Shown: positions 39,558 through 49,592 of the stretch, one piece after another
Position numbering within the stretch: the first letter of the stretch is position 1
Layout: the number at the start of each line of letters is the position of its first letter
Program-made: the position numbers and the translations under genes
Origin: Candidatus Omnitrophota bacterium
GTDB lineage: Bacteria; Omnitrophota; Gorgyraeia; Zapsychrales; Zapsychraceae
Direction of reading: 5' to 3'
NCBI GenBank assembly: GCA_018812705.1
Contig: JAHJCZ010000028.1
Span: forward strand, 11,092-75,091
Length of the DNA stretch: 64,000 nucleotides
Notes under the pieces: generated by a model
Database searches by the model: none
The model's input: only the letters and a program-made list of their open reading frames with translations
What the model was told of the DNA's origin: nothing

Positions 39558-40997
39558 CTATTTTTGTTGCGGCTTCATCAATGGAAAAAGAATAACGTCC
39601 CTAATAGATGCTGCATCTGTTAGAAGCATGACTAATCTATCGATCCCAATTCCAAGGCCACCCGCTGGCGGCATTCCATACTCTAGGGCATTTAGAAAAT
39701 CTTCATCTATACATCTATTGCCGGTCTCCACATCATCTTCAAGATCTTCTAACAACCTCTTTCTTTGCTCGATCGGATCATTAAGCTCTGAATATGCATT
39801 GCCGATCTCCATTCCTGCAACAAACGCTTCGAATCTTTGAGATATTGCTGGATTATCAGGCATGGTCTTTGCTAAAGGGCATAAGAAAGTAAAATAATCA
39901 GTAAAGAAAACTGGGTTTATTATCTCATCTTCTTCAAGCACATCTTCAACGATCTTCATAACTGCAGAACGTGTTAACTTGTCTACCTTTACTTTAGTGT
40001 TTTTTTTAACCTTAACCTTTTCAAGCATTACTTCAGCGCTATCTTCCGGATTTATATCAAATTTTTCTTTTACTACTCCAGCAAAGGACCTTCTTTCCCA
40101 AGGCGCAGTAAAATCAATTTCTTTTCCTTGATACATCACCTTATAAGAGCCCGTGATCTCTTTTGCCAAACCACTTATAAGATCTTCCGTTAATTTCATC
40201 ATATCCTCATAATCACCATATGCCTGATATACCTCAAGCATGGTAAATTCAGGATTATGTCTAGTTGAAACCCCTTCATTCCTGAAATTCCTATTGATCT
40301 CATAAACTCTTTCCATTCCGCCGACTAATAATCTTTTCAAATATAACTCTGGAGCGATCCTTAAAAATACATCCATGTCATATGTATTATGAAGACTTTT
40401 GAAAGGTCTACCACGTGCACCTCCGGCCAAAGGCTGAAGCATCGGAGTTTCGACCTCGAGGAATCCCTGATCATCCAGAAATTTCCTGATCAGCGAAACA
40501 ATTTTACTTCTTTTAATAAATAGGTCCTTAACATCCGGGTTAGCAATTAAGTCTACATATCTTTGACGATATCTGATTTCAACATCTTTCAAACCATGCC
40601 ACTTTTCAGGCAAAGTCATTAAGGATTTGGAAAGCACATCTATCTTCATGGCGCGAAGACTTTGTTGGCCCATTTTCGTAACGAACAATGTCCCCTTTAC
40701 ACCAATAATATCTCCGATATCTAAAGCCTTAACTATTTCTGCCTCAATAACACCGATCTTAATAAAAAGCTGCATACTGCCAGTTTGATCTAAGATATCT
40801 GCAAAGAGAACTTTGCCATGACTTCTAACTGCCATTAACCGACCAGCAAGAATAACTTCTTTTTCTTCTTCGAAGTTATCAATAACACTTTTAATATCAT
40901 TAATCGGTCCAAATTTTCCACCGTATGGATCAATACCGATCTCTTTAAGGCTTTTAAGTTTTTCTATTCTTATTCTTTTTATTTCATCAACTTCCAT
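39558..40997 (-). CDS. lysS: Lysine--tRNA ligase class II
   Basis: LPEKWHGL, YRQRYVDL, RIAPELYLKRL, FRNEG, HNPEF and GLGIGIDR motifs; start ATG 40997. Confidence 0.98.
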   Translation of the reverse strand: MEVDEIKRIRIEKLKSLKEIGIDPYGGKFGPINDIKSVIDNFEEEKEVILAGRLMAVRSHGKVLFADILDQTGSMQLFIKIGVIEAEIVKALDIGDIIGVKGTLFVTKMGQQSLRAMKIDVLSKSLMTLPEKWHGLKDVEIRYRQRYVDLIANPDVKDLFIKRSKIVSLIRKFLDDQGFLEVETPMLQPLAGGARGRPFKSLHNTYDMDVFLRIAPELYLKRLLVGGMERVYEINRNFRNEGVSTRHNPEFTMLEVYQAYGDYEDMMKLTEDLISGLAKEITGSYKVMYQGKEIDFTAPWERRSFAGVVKEKFDINPEDSAEVMLEKVKVKKNTKVKVDKLTRSAVMKIVEDVLEEDEIINPVFFTDYFTFLCPLAKTMPDNPAISQRFEAFVAGMEIGNAYSELNDPIEQRKRLLEDLEDDVETGNRCIDEDFLNALEYGMPPAGGLGIGIDRLVMLLTDAASIRDVILFPLMKPQQK

Positions 40998-41044
40998 AAG
41001 ACATCCTAGTTTAATAATATTAATATTAATTAATGCAGTATACA

Positions 41045-41073
41045 ATTATATAGAAAAAGCATTTTGGTGTCAA
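41045..41073 (-). promoter_or_regulatory. Perfect-consensus sigma70 promoter upstream of lysS
   Basis: TTGACA (41073-41068), 17 nt, TATAAT (41050-41045). Confidence 0.88.
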
Positions 41074-41192
41074 TCAAAAGGAAAAGGTCTCTTTCGGCGA
41101 GGAAATTAAAGAAACATATTAGAAATCAATGATTCTTAATAATATGAAAAAATATTTTAAAATGCTCAAAAATAAACAAAAAAGCAAGAGAA

Positions 41193-42002
41193 TTAAACTG
41201 AAACTATACAAATACCTGCTGAATTGGCCATCTTCAAACAAATATCTTTATCTATTATCAATGTTTTCCCTGATTCAATCGCAAGGCAACTTGCCGAACA
41301 TTTTTTCATAATAGCTATTGTCCTCGGACCGATCACAGGCACATCAAAGCGCAGATCTTGGTTTGGCTTGCTCATTTTTACAATCACTGCTCCAGTTTTA
41401 GCAATTTTTCCCCCGCGATAAATAGTTTTATCAGTGCCTTCCATTGCTTCTATAGCAACAATCGCTTTTCTTTTAATAACAACTGTTTGACCAACATCAA
41501 CCGCCCCCATTCGCTTGGCGATCTCTTTGCCAAATTCTATATCCTCTAACTCTTCATGATCTGGCTTCCTGTCAGTTAAAACTCCTTTTGATGCTAAGCA
41601 ATCCTTGAGCAAGAACGTTGAATCAACCAGCTCTATACCATTCTCTTTTAGCTTATCTGCGATCGCCGAAAATATAGTATCTGCCTTTCTGTCCTTTAAA
41701 GAGTCGAATATCGCTTGAAAATCCTCGTCGAAAACAACATCATTCTTAAAAAGATTCCTCTGACTAACTTGACCCGCCATAATAGCATGGGTCACTCCCT
41801 TGTCCTTAAAAAATGAGAAAAGCTTTTTCAGCTCACCTGCCTTAAAAAGAGAGTACTCGCTTACGAAATACTTTAATAAAAAAGAAGTATCTCCTTTTAT
41901 TCCAGCAGCAATCACTTTATAGTTTTGGGATTTTGCTTTCTGAGCAAATAAGATGGGAAATTTTCCATTACCGGCGATGAGACCTAATATCTTTGTTTGC
42001 AT
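41193..42002 (-). CDS. lpxI: UDP-2,3-diacylglucosamine diphosphatase LpxI
   Basis: GLIAGNGKFP, DVGQTVV, IEAMEGTD and QDLRFDVP motifs; follows lpxA. Confidence 0.94.
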   Translation of the reverse strand: MQTKILGLIAGNGKFPILFAQKAKSQNYKVIAAGIKGDTSFLLKYFVSEYSLFKAGELKKLFSFFKDKGVTHAIMAGQVSQRNLFKNDVVFDEDFQAIFDSLKDRKADTIFSAIADKLKENGIELVDSTFLLKDCLASKGVLTDRKPDHEELEDIEFGKEIAKRMGAVDVGQTVVIKRKAIVAIEAMEGTDKTIYRGGKIAKTGAVIVKMSKPNQDLRFDVPVIGPRTIAIMKKCSASCLAIESGKTLIIDKDICLKMANSAGICIVSV

Positions 42003-42047
42003 ATGTATAATCTTTAAAAGAAAAACACTAACTTTCTAATTAACTCG

Positions 42048-42833
42048 CTAACTGCACAAACCTCTCTCAGAAGTTTTTATAAAAAATATCAAATGTTCCA
42101 GTTCTGGACAATTAGGCACTTCTTCTATCGCCTTTTTTACAGCATTAGTTTTTGATAGTCCCTGCCTAAAAAGAACTTTAAATGCTTTCTTTAGATTTCC
42201 AGCAACCTCGCTAGAAATACCTGCTCGCTTTAACCCAACTGTATTAATTTTAATTACTTTTGCTGGATGCCCATCGCACATTGAAAATGGTGGCACATCC
42301 TGCACGACCTTGGAACACCCTCCAATAATAGCTAAACGTCCCACTCTCGTAAACTGATGAACAGCTGAAAATCCACCGATCATTGCATTATCTTCTAGGA
42401 CAACATGTCCTCCTAAAGTTGCAGCATTTGCCATAATACAATTATTGCCAATAACACAATCATGAGCGACATGTGAATAAGCCATAAGTAGATTATTGTC
42501 ACATATAACAGTTTTACCGCCACCCTCTGCTGTTCCAGTGTTGATCGTTACATATTCTCTTATAACATTATTCTCGCCTATGTTTAAAAAAACATTATCG
42601 TCAGAAGAATGTTTTTTGTCCTGAGGTGCACTTCCTACCACCGCTCCAGTATAGATCTTACAATTACGTCCGATCTTCGTTTGTCCTGTAATAACGCAAT
42701 GGCTTCCAATACGAACATTGTCTCCTAACGTGACATCACTATCTATGATCGAGTAAGGCCCTATCGTAACTCCCGGAGAGACTTTTGCCCCTGAATGAAT
42801 TATCGCTGTTTTATGAATATTTATATTTTCCAT
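42048..42833 (-). CDS. lpxA: UDP-N-acetylglucosamine O-acyltransferase
   Basis: Hexapeptide repeats; PQDKK, HVAHDC, GGHV and VHQF motifs. Confidence 0.97.
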   Translation of the reverse strand: MENINIHKTAIIHSGAKVSPGVTIGPYSIIDSDVTLGDNVRIGSHCVITGQTKIGRNCKIYTGAVVGSAPQDKKHSSDDNVFLNIGENNVIREYVTINTGTAEGGGKTVICDNNLLMAYSHVAHDCVIGNNCIMANAATLGGHVVLEDNAMIGGFSAVHQFTRVGRLAIIGGCSKVVQDVPPFSMCDGHPAKVIKINTVGLKRAGISSEVAGNLKKAFKVLFRQGLSKTNAVKKAIEEVPNCPELEHLIFFIKTSERGLCS

Positions 42834-42895
42834 ATGAGTTTCCTATTAATTATATTTTAGATGAAATTGCTGATTTTTAAAACAGATAATCTTAT

Positions 42896-44230
42896 TTATT
42901 GATTCAAAAATGATGAAGGCGCAAAAGAGAACATCATATCCGCTTCAGCAACAACTTCACCATTCACTTTAACAAAACCTCTAACTTGAGCAACTCTCGT
43001 CCTATCTTTTATGACCTCAACATCAATTATCAATTGGTCACCAGGACTGACGACCTTTCTGAATTTTACTTTATCAATTGCCATAAAAAAAGCTAGCCTG
43101 CCATGTCGGTCTTCATCAGTCAACATCATAACACCCGCAGTTTGAGCCATTGCTTCCACCATCAACACTCCCGGCATAACAGGATTCGTCGGAAAATGAC
43201 CCTGAAAATAATTCTCATTTATTGTAACATTCTTCAGCCCAATTGCTTTTTTTCCTTTTTCAACTTCAACAACTCTATCAATAAGCAAGAACGGATACCT
43301 GTGAGGGAGTATTTGCATAATACCGTTTATATCGATCTCCCTTCTTCCTTCTTCATTAAAAACTGGAACGACCGTTTTCTTTTTACTTTTTTCTTTTTGT
43401 CTATATATTTTTTTTAGAAGTTCTAAATTTAATTTATGACCACTTCTAACAGCAAAAACATGGCCTTTGATCGGCATACCGAACAAATAAAGATCCCCGA
43501 TAAAATCTAAAATCTTATGACGTGCGAACTCATCCTTAAAAAGCACTTCATTTTCAAGGACACCATCCTTGCCAACAACAAGCGTATTCCTATAACTTGC
43601 ACCCTTTCCAAGCCCTCTTGCTTTTAGCTCAGCCGCTTCCGACTCAACACAAAAGGTCCTGCAAGGCGCGATCTCATTTTCAAAAGATTCAGAAGTGACG
43701 TTAATGCTAAAAAACTGTGATCTAAGATATGGATGATCATAATCCAAAGTATAAGAGATCTTGAAATCTTGAGATGGAACGATATAAATTGATGCATCTT
43801 TACTTTGAACACCTATCGGCTCCTTAATTTCATAAAATTCTTGATCTGCGTCTTGTTCAACAACGCCAGCCTTTTTAAACGCAGATAAAATCTCTTTCGC
43901 ACTGCCACACATCCCAGGGATCTCTTCAGCATTAACTTCAACAATAAGATTACTTATATTCAATCCACATAGAACACTCATCAAATGCTCTACAGTCCTA
44001 ACTTGCACATCTTTTGTCCCCAAGGAAGTACAACGAGATCCCTGAGGGTCTGAAAAAACATTTTCTGGAGATACTTTCATGACAGGTTTATCAGGCAAAT
44101 CCGTCCTAATAAAAACAATACCAGCATTTTCATCAGCTGGTTTAAATATTACATCAACGGAAACCCCAGTATGAAGACCTACGCCCGATATTGAAAACTC
44201 CTGTTTAATTGTTCTTTGCTTTACTGCCAT
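42896..44230 (-). CDS. lpxC: Bifunctional LpxC/FabZ fusion
   Basis: LpxC part: QRTI, GVGLHTG, TVEHLMS, HKILDFIGD, GH. FabZ part: LPHRYPFL, GHFP..PVMPGVLMVEAMAQ. Confidence 0.96.
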   Translation of the reverse strand: MAVKQRTIKQEFSISGVGLHTGVSVDVIFKPADENAGIVFIRTDLPDKPVMKVSPENVFSDPQGSRCTSLGTKDVQVRTVEHLMSVLCGLNISNLIVEVNAEEIPGMCGSAKEILSAFKKAGVVEQDADQEFYEIKEPIGVQSKDASIYIVPSQDFKISYTLDYDHPYLRSQFFSINVTSESFENEIAPCRTFCVESEAAELKARGLGKGASYRNTLVVGKDGVLENEVLFKDEFARHKILDFIGDLYLFGMPIKGHVFAVRSGHKLNLELLKKIYRQKEKSKKKTVVPVFNEEGRREIDINGIMQILPHRYPFLLIDRVVEVEKGKKAIGLKNVTINENYFQGHFPTNPVMPGVLMVEAMAQTAGVMMLTDEDRHGRLAFFMAIDKVKFRKVVSPGDQLIIDVEVIKDRTRVAQVRGFVKVNGEVVAEADMMFSFAPSSFLNQ

Positions 44231-45260
44231 TATCTATCTGTTCCTTAAGCTCCTTAACTTGTTTTTTTAATTCATTTATCTCTTTGACATATGAAGGGAG
44301 TCTTTGAGCACATGCATTAATTTTCATTTGATCTGCATATGCCCTGGCAGGAGATCCCAGTGCTTTTGTAAAAGGCGGTATGGATTTCATAACAGCGCTT
44401 TGCGCAGTTACAATTGCTCCTTCACCGATTGTCAAATGCCCGACGACTCCCACCTGACCTGCCAATATTGCATTCTTCCCGATATTAACACTTCCTGAAA
44501 TGCCAACTTGCGATATTATAATACAATCCTCACCTATTGAAACATTATGGGCCACCTGTACTAAATTATCAATTTTGGTACCTCGCCCGATAAAAGTTTT
44601 ATCGAACCTTGCCCTATCAATAGTAACATTTGCCCCGATCTCTACATCATCCTCAATAACAACAATGCCTATCTGAGGTATCTTTTTATGTTTTCCATCA
44701 ACCTGCTCATACCCAAAACCATCAGACCCAATAACCGTTCCACTGTGAATAATTACGTTATCACCTATTTTTGAACGGTCCATAATAACTACATTGGGAT
44801 AAAAAATACAATTCTTACCTATTACTGTTTTGTGCCCAATAAAAACCCCGCCATAAATAGCACAGCCTTCTCCAACTGAAACGCCATCTTCTATAATAAC
44901 ATTTGGACCGATCGAGACATTATTGCCAATTGAAGCATCCTCAGAAATTACTGCTGACGCATGTATGCCCTTAAATTTTGACTTGCCTGACGAAGCGAAT
45001 AAAGAGATCACTTCTGTGAAAGCAATAGAGGGACTATCGGTGAGAATTACTGTTTTCCCAGGAATCGACATATCCCTGGATATGATTATTGCTGAAGCTT
45101 TAGTTTCTTTAGCAATTGGAGCATATTTAGAATTTGAAACAAAGGTCAACTCTCCTGCTTTAGCTTCCTGGAGACCATTAACCCCTGTTATCACTAATGT
45201 CTTATCACCAACAACCTCGCCCCCGATCAATTCTGCTATCTCGGCTAAGGTCTTTTGCAT
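44205..45260 (-). CDS. lpxD: UDP-3-O-acylglucosamine N-acyltransferase
   Basis: GSDGFGY, KIPQIG, TIDR and KIDNLVQVAHNV motifs. Confidence 0.97.
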   Translation of the reverse strand: MQKTLAEIAELIGGEVVGDKTLVITGVNGLQEAKAGELTFVSNSKYAPIAKETKASAIIISRDMSIPGKTVILTDSPSIAFTEVISLFASSGKSKFKGIHASAVISEDASIGNNVSIGPNVIIEDGVSVGEGCAIYGGVFIGHKTVIGKNCIFYPNVVIMDRSKIGDNVIIHSGTVIGSDGFGYEQVDGKHKKIPQIGIVVIEDDVEIGANVTIDRARFDKTFIGRGTKIDNLVQVAHNVSIGEDCIIISQVGISGSVNIGKNAILAGQVGVVGHLTIGEGAIVTAQSAVMKSIPPFTKALGSPARAYADQMKINACAQRLPSYVKEINELKKQVKELKEQIDNGSKAKNN

Positions 45261-45277
45261 ATTATTTCCTATATTTT

Positions 45278-45343
45278 AATAAGGGACAGTGCCCTATTTT
45301 CTCTATATTTTCTTTGAATAAAAATAGGGCTCTGTCCCCTATT
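45278..45343. repeat. Intergenic palindrome (REP-like), 58-bp core 45282-45339
   Basis: AATAAGGGACAGTGCCCTATTTT (45278-45300) pairs with AAAATAGGGCTCTGTCCCCTATT (45321-45343), 21/23 complementary. Confidence 0.85.
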
Positions 45344-45357
45344 CTTACGAAAACAAA

Positions 45358-45870
45358 TTACTTCGCTTCATTCTCGTTTAAAATCTTTAATATTTTTTCT
45401 GTCAACTCTAGGTCAGGATTTCCATAAATCAAAACCCTATCATTCAAGATCACTGAATAATTTTCTTTCTCAGCAAAATTACTGATAATATGTTCGATCT
45501 CAAGAAGCAATTCCTGGATCTTTTCATTCCGCTCTTTCGTTAGATCTGTTTTCTTCTGACGATCAAACTCTAAAAGATTTGTTCTCATTGTTTCAATTTC
45601 TGTTTCTAGCCCTGCCTTTTTATCATCGGCAAGAAGAACTAATTTGCTTTCTTTTTCTTTGATCTCTTCGACTTTATTTTTAACTTCTTCCTGAAAAGAA
45701 GTATGTTTTCCATTTAAAACCTCATCATACTCTTTTGTCTTGTAGTAACTGTCAAATAAACGACTGATATCTACATATCCCATTTTTCCGTCTTTATTCT
45801 GCGCATAAGAATTCGCTGTCAGAAGAAACATTGCGACAGAAAAAAGAACTAATAGTCTTAAAGCTTTCAT
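45358..45870 (-). CDS. skp: OmpH/Skp periplasmic chaperone
   Basis: Signal peptide, KMGYVD, coiled coil, YSVILN..VLIYG..DLELT; lies between bamA and lpxD. RBS GGAGG precedes ATG 45870. Confidence 0.92.
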   Translation of the reverse strand: MKALRLLVLFSVAMFLLTANSYAQNKDGKMGYVDISRLFDSYYKTKEYDEVLNGKHTSFQEEVKNKVEEIKEKESKLVLLADDKKAGLETEIETMRTNLLEFDRQKKTDLTKERNEKIQELLLEIEHIISNFAEKENYSVILNDRVLIYGNPDLELTEKILKILNENEAK

Positions 45871-45885
45871 TAACAACCTCCTTTT

Positions 45886-48189
45886 TTAAAATCCTCGACT
45901 TACACTGAAATAAAATTTACCAGACTTGCCATCTTCACCAGGTTCATTATTTAACGGATACCCATAATCAAGATTAATAGGGCCAACTGGTGTTTTAACT
46001 CTTAAACCTAAACCCATGCCAGATTTAAAACCATCTGATCCAAAATCCTCAACTGTTGGCCAAACATTTCCAGAATCAAAAAATGCTGCCAGCTTAATAA
46101 AATCTATCAGAGGAATAGTATATTCTATGTTCGCAACAAACATGCTCTCCCCACCAATAGGATCATTAGTACTAGAATCAAGAGGTCCAACTTTTCTTTC
46201 ATCATACCCTCTAATGGTGCTAGCACCACCAGCAAAGAACCTCTCAAAGATAGGAACTTTACTAGAATTATCAAAAGCATTTACATACCCACCTTGAACT
46301 CTGAACTCCAAAACAGATTTGAATTTCAAAGGTATGTAATAGCTTGACCTAGCTTGTAACCTAAAGAAATCTTTATCTCCTCCCAGAAAACTACCAGCGA
46401 CATCAAATCCACCGCTTAAAGACAAACCCTTTGTTGGAGAAAAAACACTATCTCTAGTATCTCTTGATAAGGTAAAACCGATCATGCTTGTGGTATTCGT
46501 GCCTTCTTCATCAAGCAGATCAGCAGAAACTCCAGTTTCAAAATTCTCAATGGTTATTTCTTCACGCTTATATGAAACACCGCCTGAAACAATATCATTG
46601 AACTGTTTGCCAAATCGAATGGCGCCACCTATTCTTTCTTCATCATAAGCATAACCAGTATTCTCTTCACGCTCCCTAACTCTTCTATAAATATCAAAAC
46701 CACCTGAAACAGGATAATCAAATATCCATGGCTCCGTAAAGCTCAAAAGAAGATTGTTCTTTGTAGAACCTGTCTCTGCGCGCACCTTCAACTGTTGGCC
46801 ACCACCTGTAAACGTTGGCCAATTTGCAAAATCAAAGTTCCTTTGTTCAATTTCAACAAAACCAACAACCTGATCAACCGTGCTAAAACCACCTCCAAAA
46901 CTAAAAGTCCCTGTTTTTGCTTCTTTGATCTGAACAACTAAATTCTTCCTATCTAATGCATCTGTATCCTCAATATCAAAATCTACTTCTTCAAAATATC
47001 CCAGATTGCTTAGACGCTCCTTACTCCTTCTTAATTTTGTGCCATCGAACCTATCTCCAGGGAACATCCTTAATTCTCTTCTAATAACAATGTCTCTTGT
47101 CCTAGTGTTTCCCTGAACTTTGATCTTTTCAATATAAGCTAACCCACCCTCGACAATATTGATCTTAACTTCAACTTTTCCTGTATTTGTATCAAGCGAC
47201 GTTGATTCTTCGACATTAGCAAAGATATAGCCTCTATCAAAATATAACGTACGAATTCCAGCCAGATCAACACTTAACTTTTCTCTACTAAAAACATTGC
47301 CTTCCTCGATATATTCCATTACTGAAAATATTTCCTTGTCTGAAAGGATTCTGTTACCTAAAACAACAACGTTTCCAACTGAGTACCTTTTGCCTTCATT
47401 TATTTTGATATTAATCTCAACGCGACCTTTATATAAAGCCTCTGTTGTATACTCAGCTTTCGCATCAATAAAACCATTTTGTTCATAGAAAGAAGTGATC
47501 CTCCCCATGTCTTCTTTCAGCATCTCCTCTTTTAAATAACCACCAGTAAAAATAGTTTTTTTACGGGTCTTTATGACCCTGAGTATCTTTTTCTTTTTAT
47601 ATGCTTCACATCCAAGAACATTGATATTTTTAATCCTTACCCGATAACCTTCTCTAACAATGAAATGTATACTAACTTTATTAGTCACCTCATCAACAAA
47701 AACCTCTTCTTCAACCTCTGCCTGGATAAAACCTTTTTTGGAATAAAGCTCTTTTATAGTATCAATATCATCCTTTAAATCTTTTTTATCTAAAAACTTG
47801 CCAGCAGTAGTCTTTATTTTTCTTTTTAAAGATTTACCTTTTAAATATTTCGTTTTAGAAAAGGTAACTTCTTCAACAATTGGCTTTTCCTCTAGATAAA
47901 TGATAACTTTCAAACCATCTTCATGATCCACCCTATCAACCTTCACATCAGAAAAATAACCTGTATTATACAATCTTTTTAAATCATCGCTAACAACTGA
48001 CTGAAGATATTCTTGTCCAACACGTGTTTTTATCTTAGAAAGAATAGTCGCTATCCCAATCGTATTATTTCCTTTAACCTCAATTGCTTTAACAACTTTT
48101 GTTCCTGCGTTTTGAGCAAGAACTGCTTTGCTATTAATAAAAGTAACAGTAGTTAAAAATAGTAATAAGAATATTAGTGTTTTTTTCAT
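45886..48189 (-). CDS. bamA: Outer membrane protein assembly factor BamA
   Basis: POTRA repeats (GNTRTRDIVIRRE, LGYF), RFFAGGASTIRGY and C-terminal FYFSVSRGF. Confidence 0.97.
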   Translation of the reverse strand: MKKTLIFLLLFLTTVTFINSKAVLAQNAGTKVVKAIEVKGNNTIGIATILSKIKTRVGQEYLQSVVSDDLKRLYNTGYFSDVKVDRVDHEDGLKVIIYLEEKPIVEEVTFSKTKYLKGKSLKRKIKTTAGKFLDKKDLKDDIDTIKELYSKKGFIQAEVEEEVFVDEVTNKVSIHFIVREGYRVRIKNINVLGCEAYKKKKILRVIKTRKKTIFTGGYLKEEMLKEDMGRITSFYEQNGFIDAKAEYTTEALYKGRVEINIKINEGKRYSVGNVVVLGNRILSDKEIFSVMEYIEEGNVFSREKLSVDLAGIRTLYFDRGYIFANVEESTSLDTNTGKVEVKINIVEGGLAYIEKIKVQGNTRTRDIVIRRELRMFPGDRFDGTKLRRSKERLSNLGYFEEVDFDIEDTDALDRKNLVVQIKEAKTGTFSFGGGFSTVDQVVGFVEIEQRNFDFANWPTFTGGGQQLKVRAETGSTKNNLLLSFTEPWIFDYPVSGGFDIYRRVREREENTGYAYDEERIGGAIRFGKQFNDIVSGGVSYKREEITIENFETGVSADLLDEEGTNTTSMIGFTLSRDTRDSVFSPTKGLSLSGGFDVAGSFLGGDKDFFRLQARSSYYIPLKFKSVLEFRVQGGYVNAFDNSSKVPIFERFFAGGASTIRGYDERKVGPLDSSTNDPIGGESMFVANIEYTIPLIDFIKLAAFFDSGNVWPTVEDFGSDGFKSGMGLGLRVKTPVGPINLDYGYPLNNEPGEDGKSGKFYFSVSRGF

Positions 48190-48235
48190 TGTTAATTATC
48201 CATGTGGTTAATTATTGGTTTGACTGATTTGTTTG

Positions 48236-48264
48236 ATTATAAAGTCAATACTTGCAGCTGTCAA
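48236..48264 (-). promoter_or_regulatory. Perfect-consensus sigma70 promoter for bamA-skp-lpx; -35 overlaps dnaB stop
   Basis: TTGACA (48264-48259), 17 nt, TATAAT (48241-48236). Confidence 0.85.
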
Positions 48265-49592
48265 TCAACATGTGCAAGATTTTCAAAGCGCATATATTCC
48301 TTGGTGAATTGGAGCTTTAAGGTTCCAACCGGGCCATTTCTTTGTTTTGCAATTATTACATCCGCAATTCCTCTATTCTCTTCTGTCGGGTTGTAATACT
48401 CTTCCCTCATAAGCAAAACAACAACATCTGCATCCTGTTCAATAGCTCCAGACTCTCTTAAATCAGACAATTGAGGCCTATGATCTTGCCTTGCCTCGAC
48501 TGCTCTAGACAACTGGCTCAAGGCAATAAAAGGGACACTTAATTCCCTTGCTAATGCCTTTAAAGAACGTGATATTTCTGAAATTTCTTGTTGTCGACTA
48601 TCTGACTTGGTAGAACCTCTCATCAACTGAAGATAATCAAGAATGATCAGGTCAAGACCATGATTTGCTTTCAATCTCCTAGCTTTTGCTCTCAATTCCA
48701 ATGCCGATATAGCAGGCGTATCATCAATAAATATTTTAGAGCCAGATAGTTTTGCCGCTGCTGAAGTCAGTTTTGGCCAATCTGAAGGAGACAAAAAACC
48801 TGACCTTACTTTGTGAGCATCAACTCTTGCCTGGGAACAAAGCATTCTCTGAACAAGCTGCTCCTTAGACATTTCTAAGCTAAAGATCGCAACGTTCTTA
48901 CCTCCGACAATACTGACATTTTCAGCGATAGATACAGCCAGAGCACTTTTACCCATAGAAGGCCGTCCTGCAACAATAATCAAATCTGACTTCTGCAAAC
49001 CAGAAGTCATCTTGTCAATTTTATCAAAACCACTAGAAACACCTGTAATATGTTCTTTTCTTTGATAAAGCTTATCAAGGTTCTCCATACCTTCCTTGAT
49101 AAGATCTTTAATTTGATAGGACTGCTGATTTTGCTTTAACTCAGCAATTTCAAAAATTAGTTTTTCGGCATTATCAACAATTTCTTCAACTTTACCGGTA
49201 GCACTGAAGCATTCTGTAACGATCTGCGTTGAATTTTTTATTAATTTTCTTAGAATACCTTTTTCTTTAACGATTTGAGCATAATGCTCAACGTTTGCAG
49301 AGGTAGGAACAAAATCAACTATTGTTGAAAGATAAGCAACGCCACCGATATCCTCTAAAAAGCCGTCGCTTTTTAAGTTATCAGATAGTGTAATTAGATC
49401 TACATTCTTTCTAGAATTATATAGATCAATAATCGCTTTGTAAATTTTACGATGCGCATCATCATAAAACCAAGTCTCGTTTAGAACTTCAACTGCTAGA
49501 CCAATAGCGTCTTCATCTATCAGCATCGATCCTAAAACAGACTTTTCCGCAGCAATATTTTGAGGAGGAACCCTTATTTCTTCGTGACCCAT
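48261..49592 (-). CDS. dnaB: Replicative DNA helicase
   Basis: PPQNIAAE, GRPSMGKS, FSLEM, DYLQL, SQLSR, DLRESGAIEQDAD and KQRNG motifs; no intein. Confidence 0.98.
   Translation of the reverse strand: MGHEEIRVPPQNIAAEKSVLGSMLIDEDAIGLAVEVLNETWFYDDAHRKIYKAIIDLYNSRKNVDLITLSDNLKSDGFLEDIGGVAYLSTIVDFVPTSANVEHYAQIVKEKGILRKLIKNSTQIVTECFSATGKVEEIVDNAEKLIFEIAELKQNQQSYQIKDLIKEGMENLDKLYQRKEHITGVSSGFDKIDKMTSGLQKSDLIIVAGRPSMGKSALAVSIAENVSIVGGKNVAIFSLEMSKEQLVQRMLCSQARVDAHKVRSGFLSPSDWPKLTSAAAKLSGSKIFIDDTPAISALELRAKARRLKANHGLDLIILDYLQLMRGSTKSDSRQQEISEISRSLKALARELSVPFIALSQLSRAVEARQDHRPQLSDLRESGAIEQDADVVVLLMREEYYNPTEENRGIADVIIAKQRNGPVGTLKLQFTKEYMRFENLAHVD

Noticed and set aside
41129-41311. 60-aa Lys-rich plus-strand ORF at the end of lpxI
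   Set aside because: It is AT-rich spacer sequence running antisense into lpxI, with no SD sequence.
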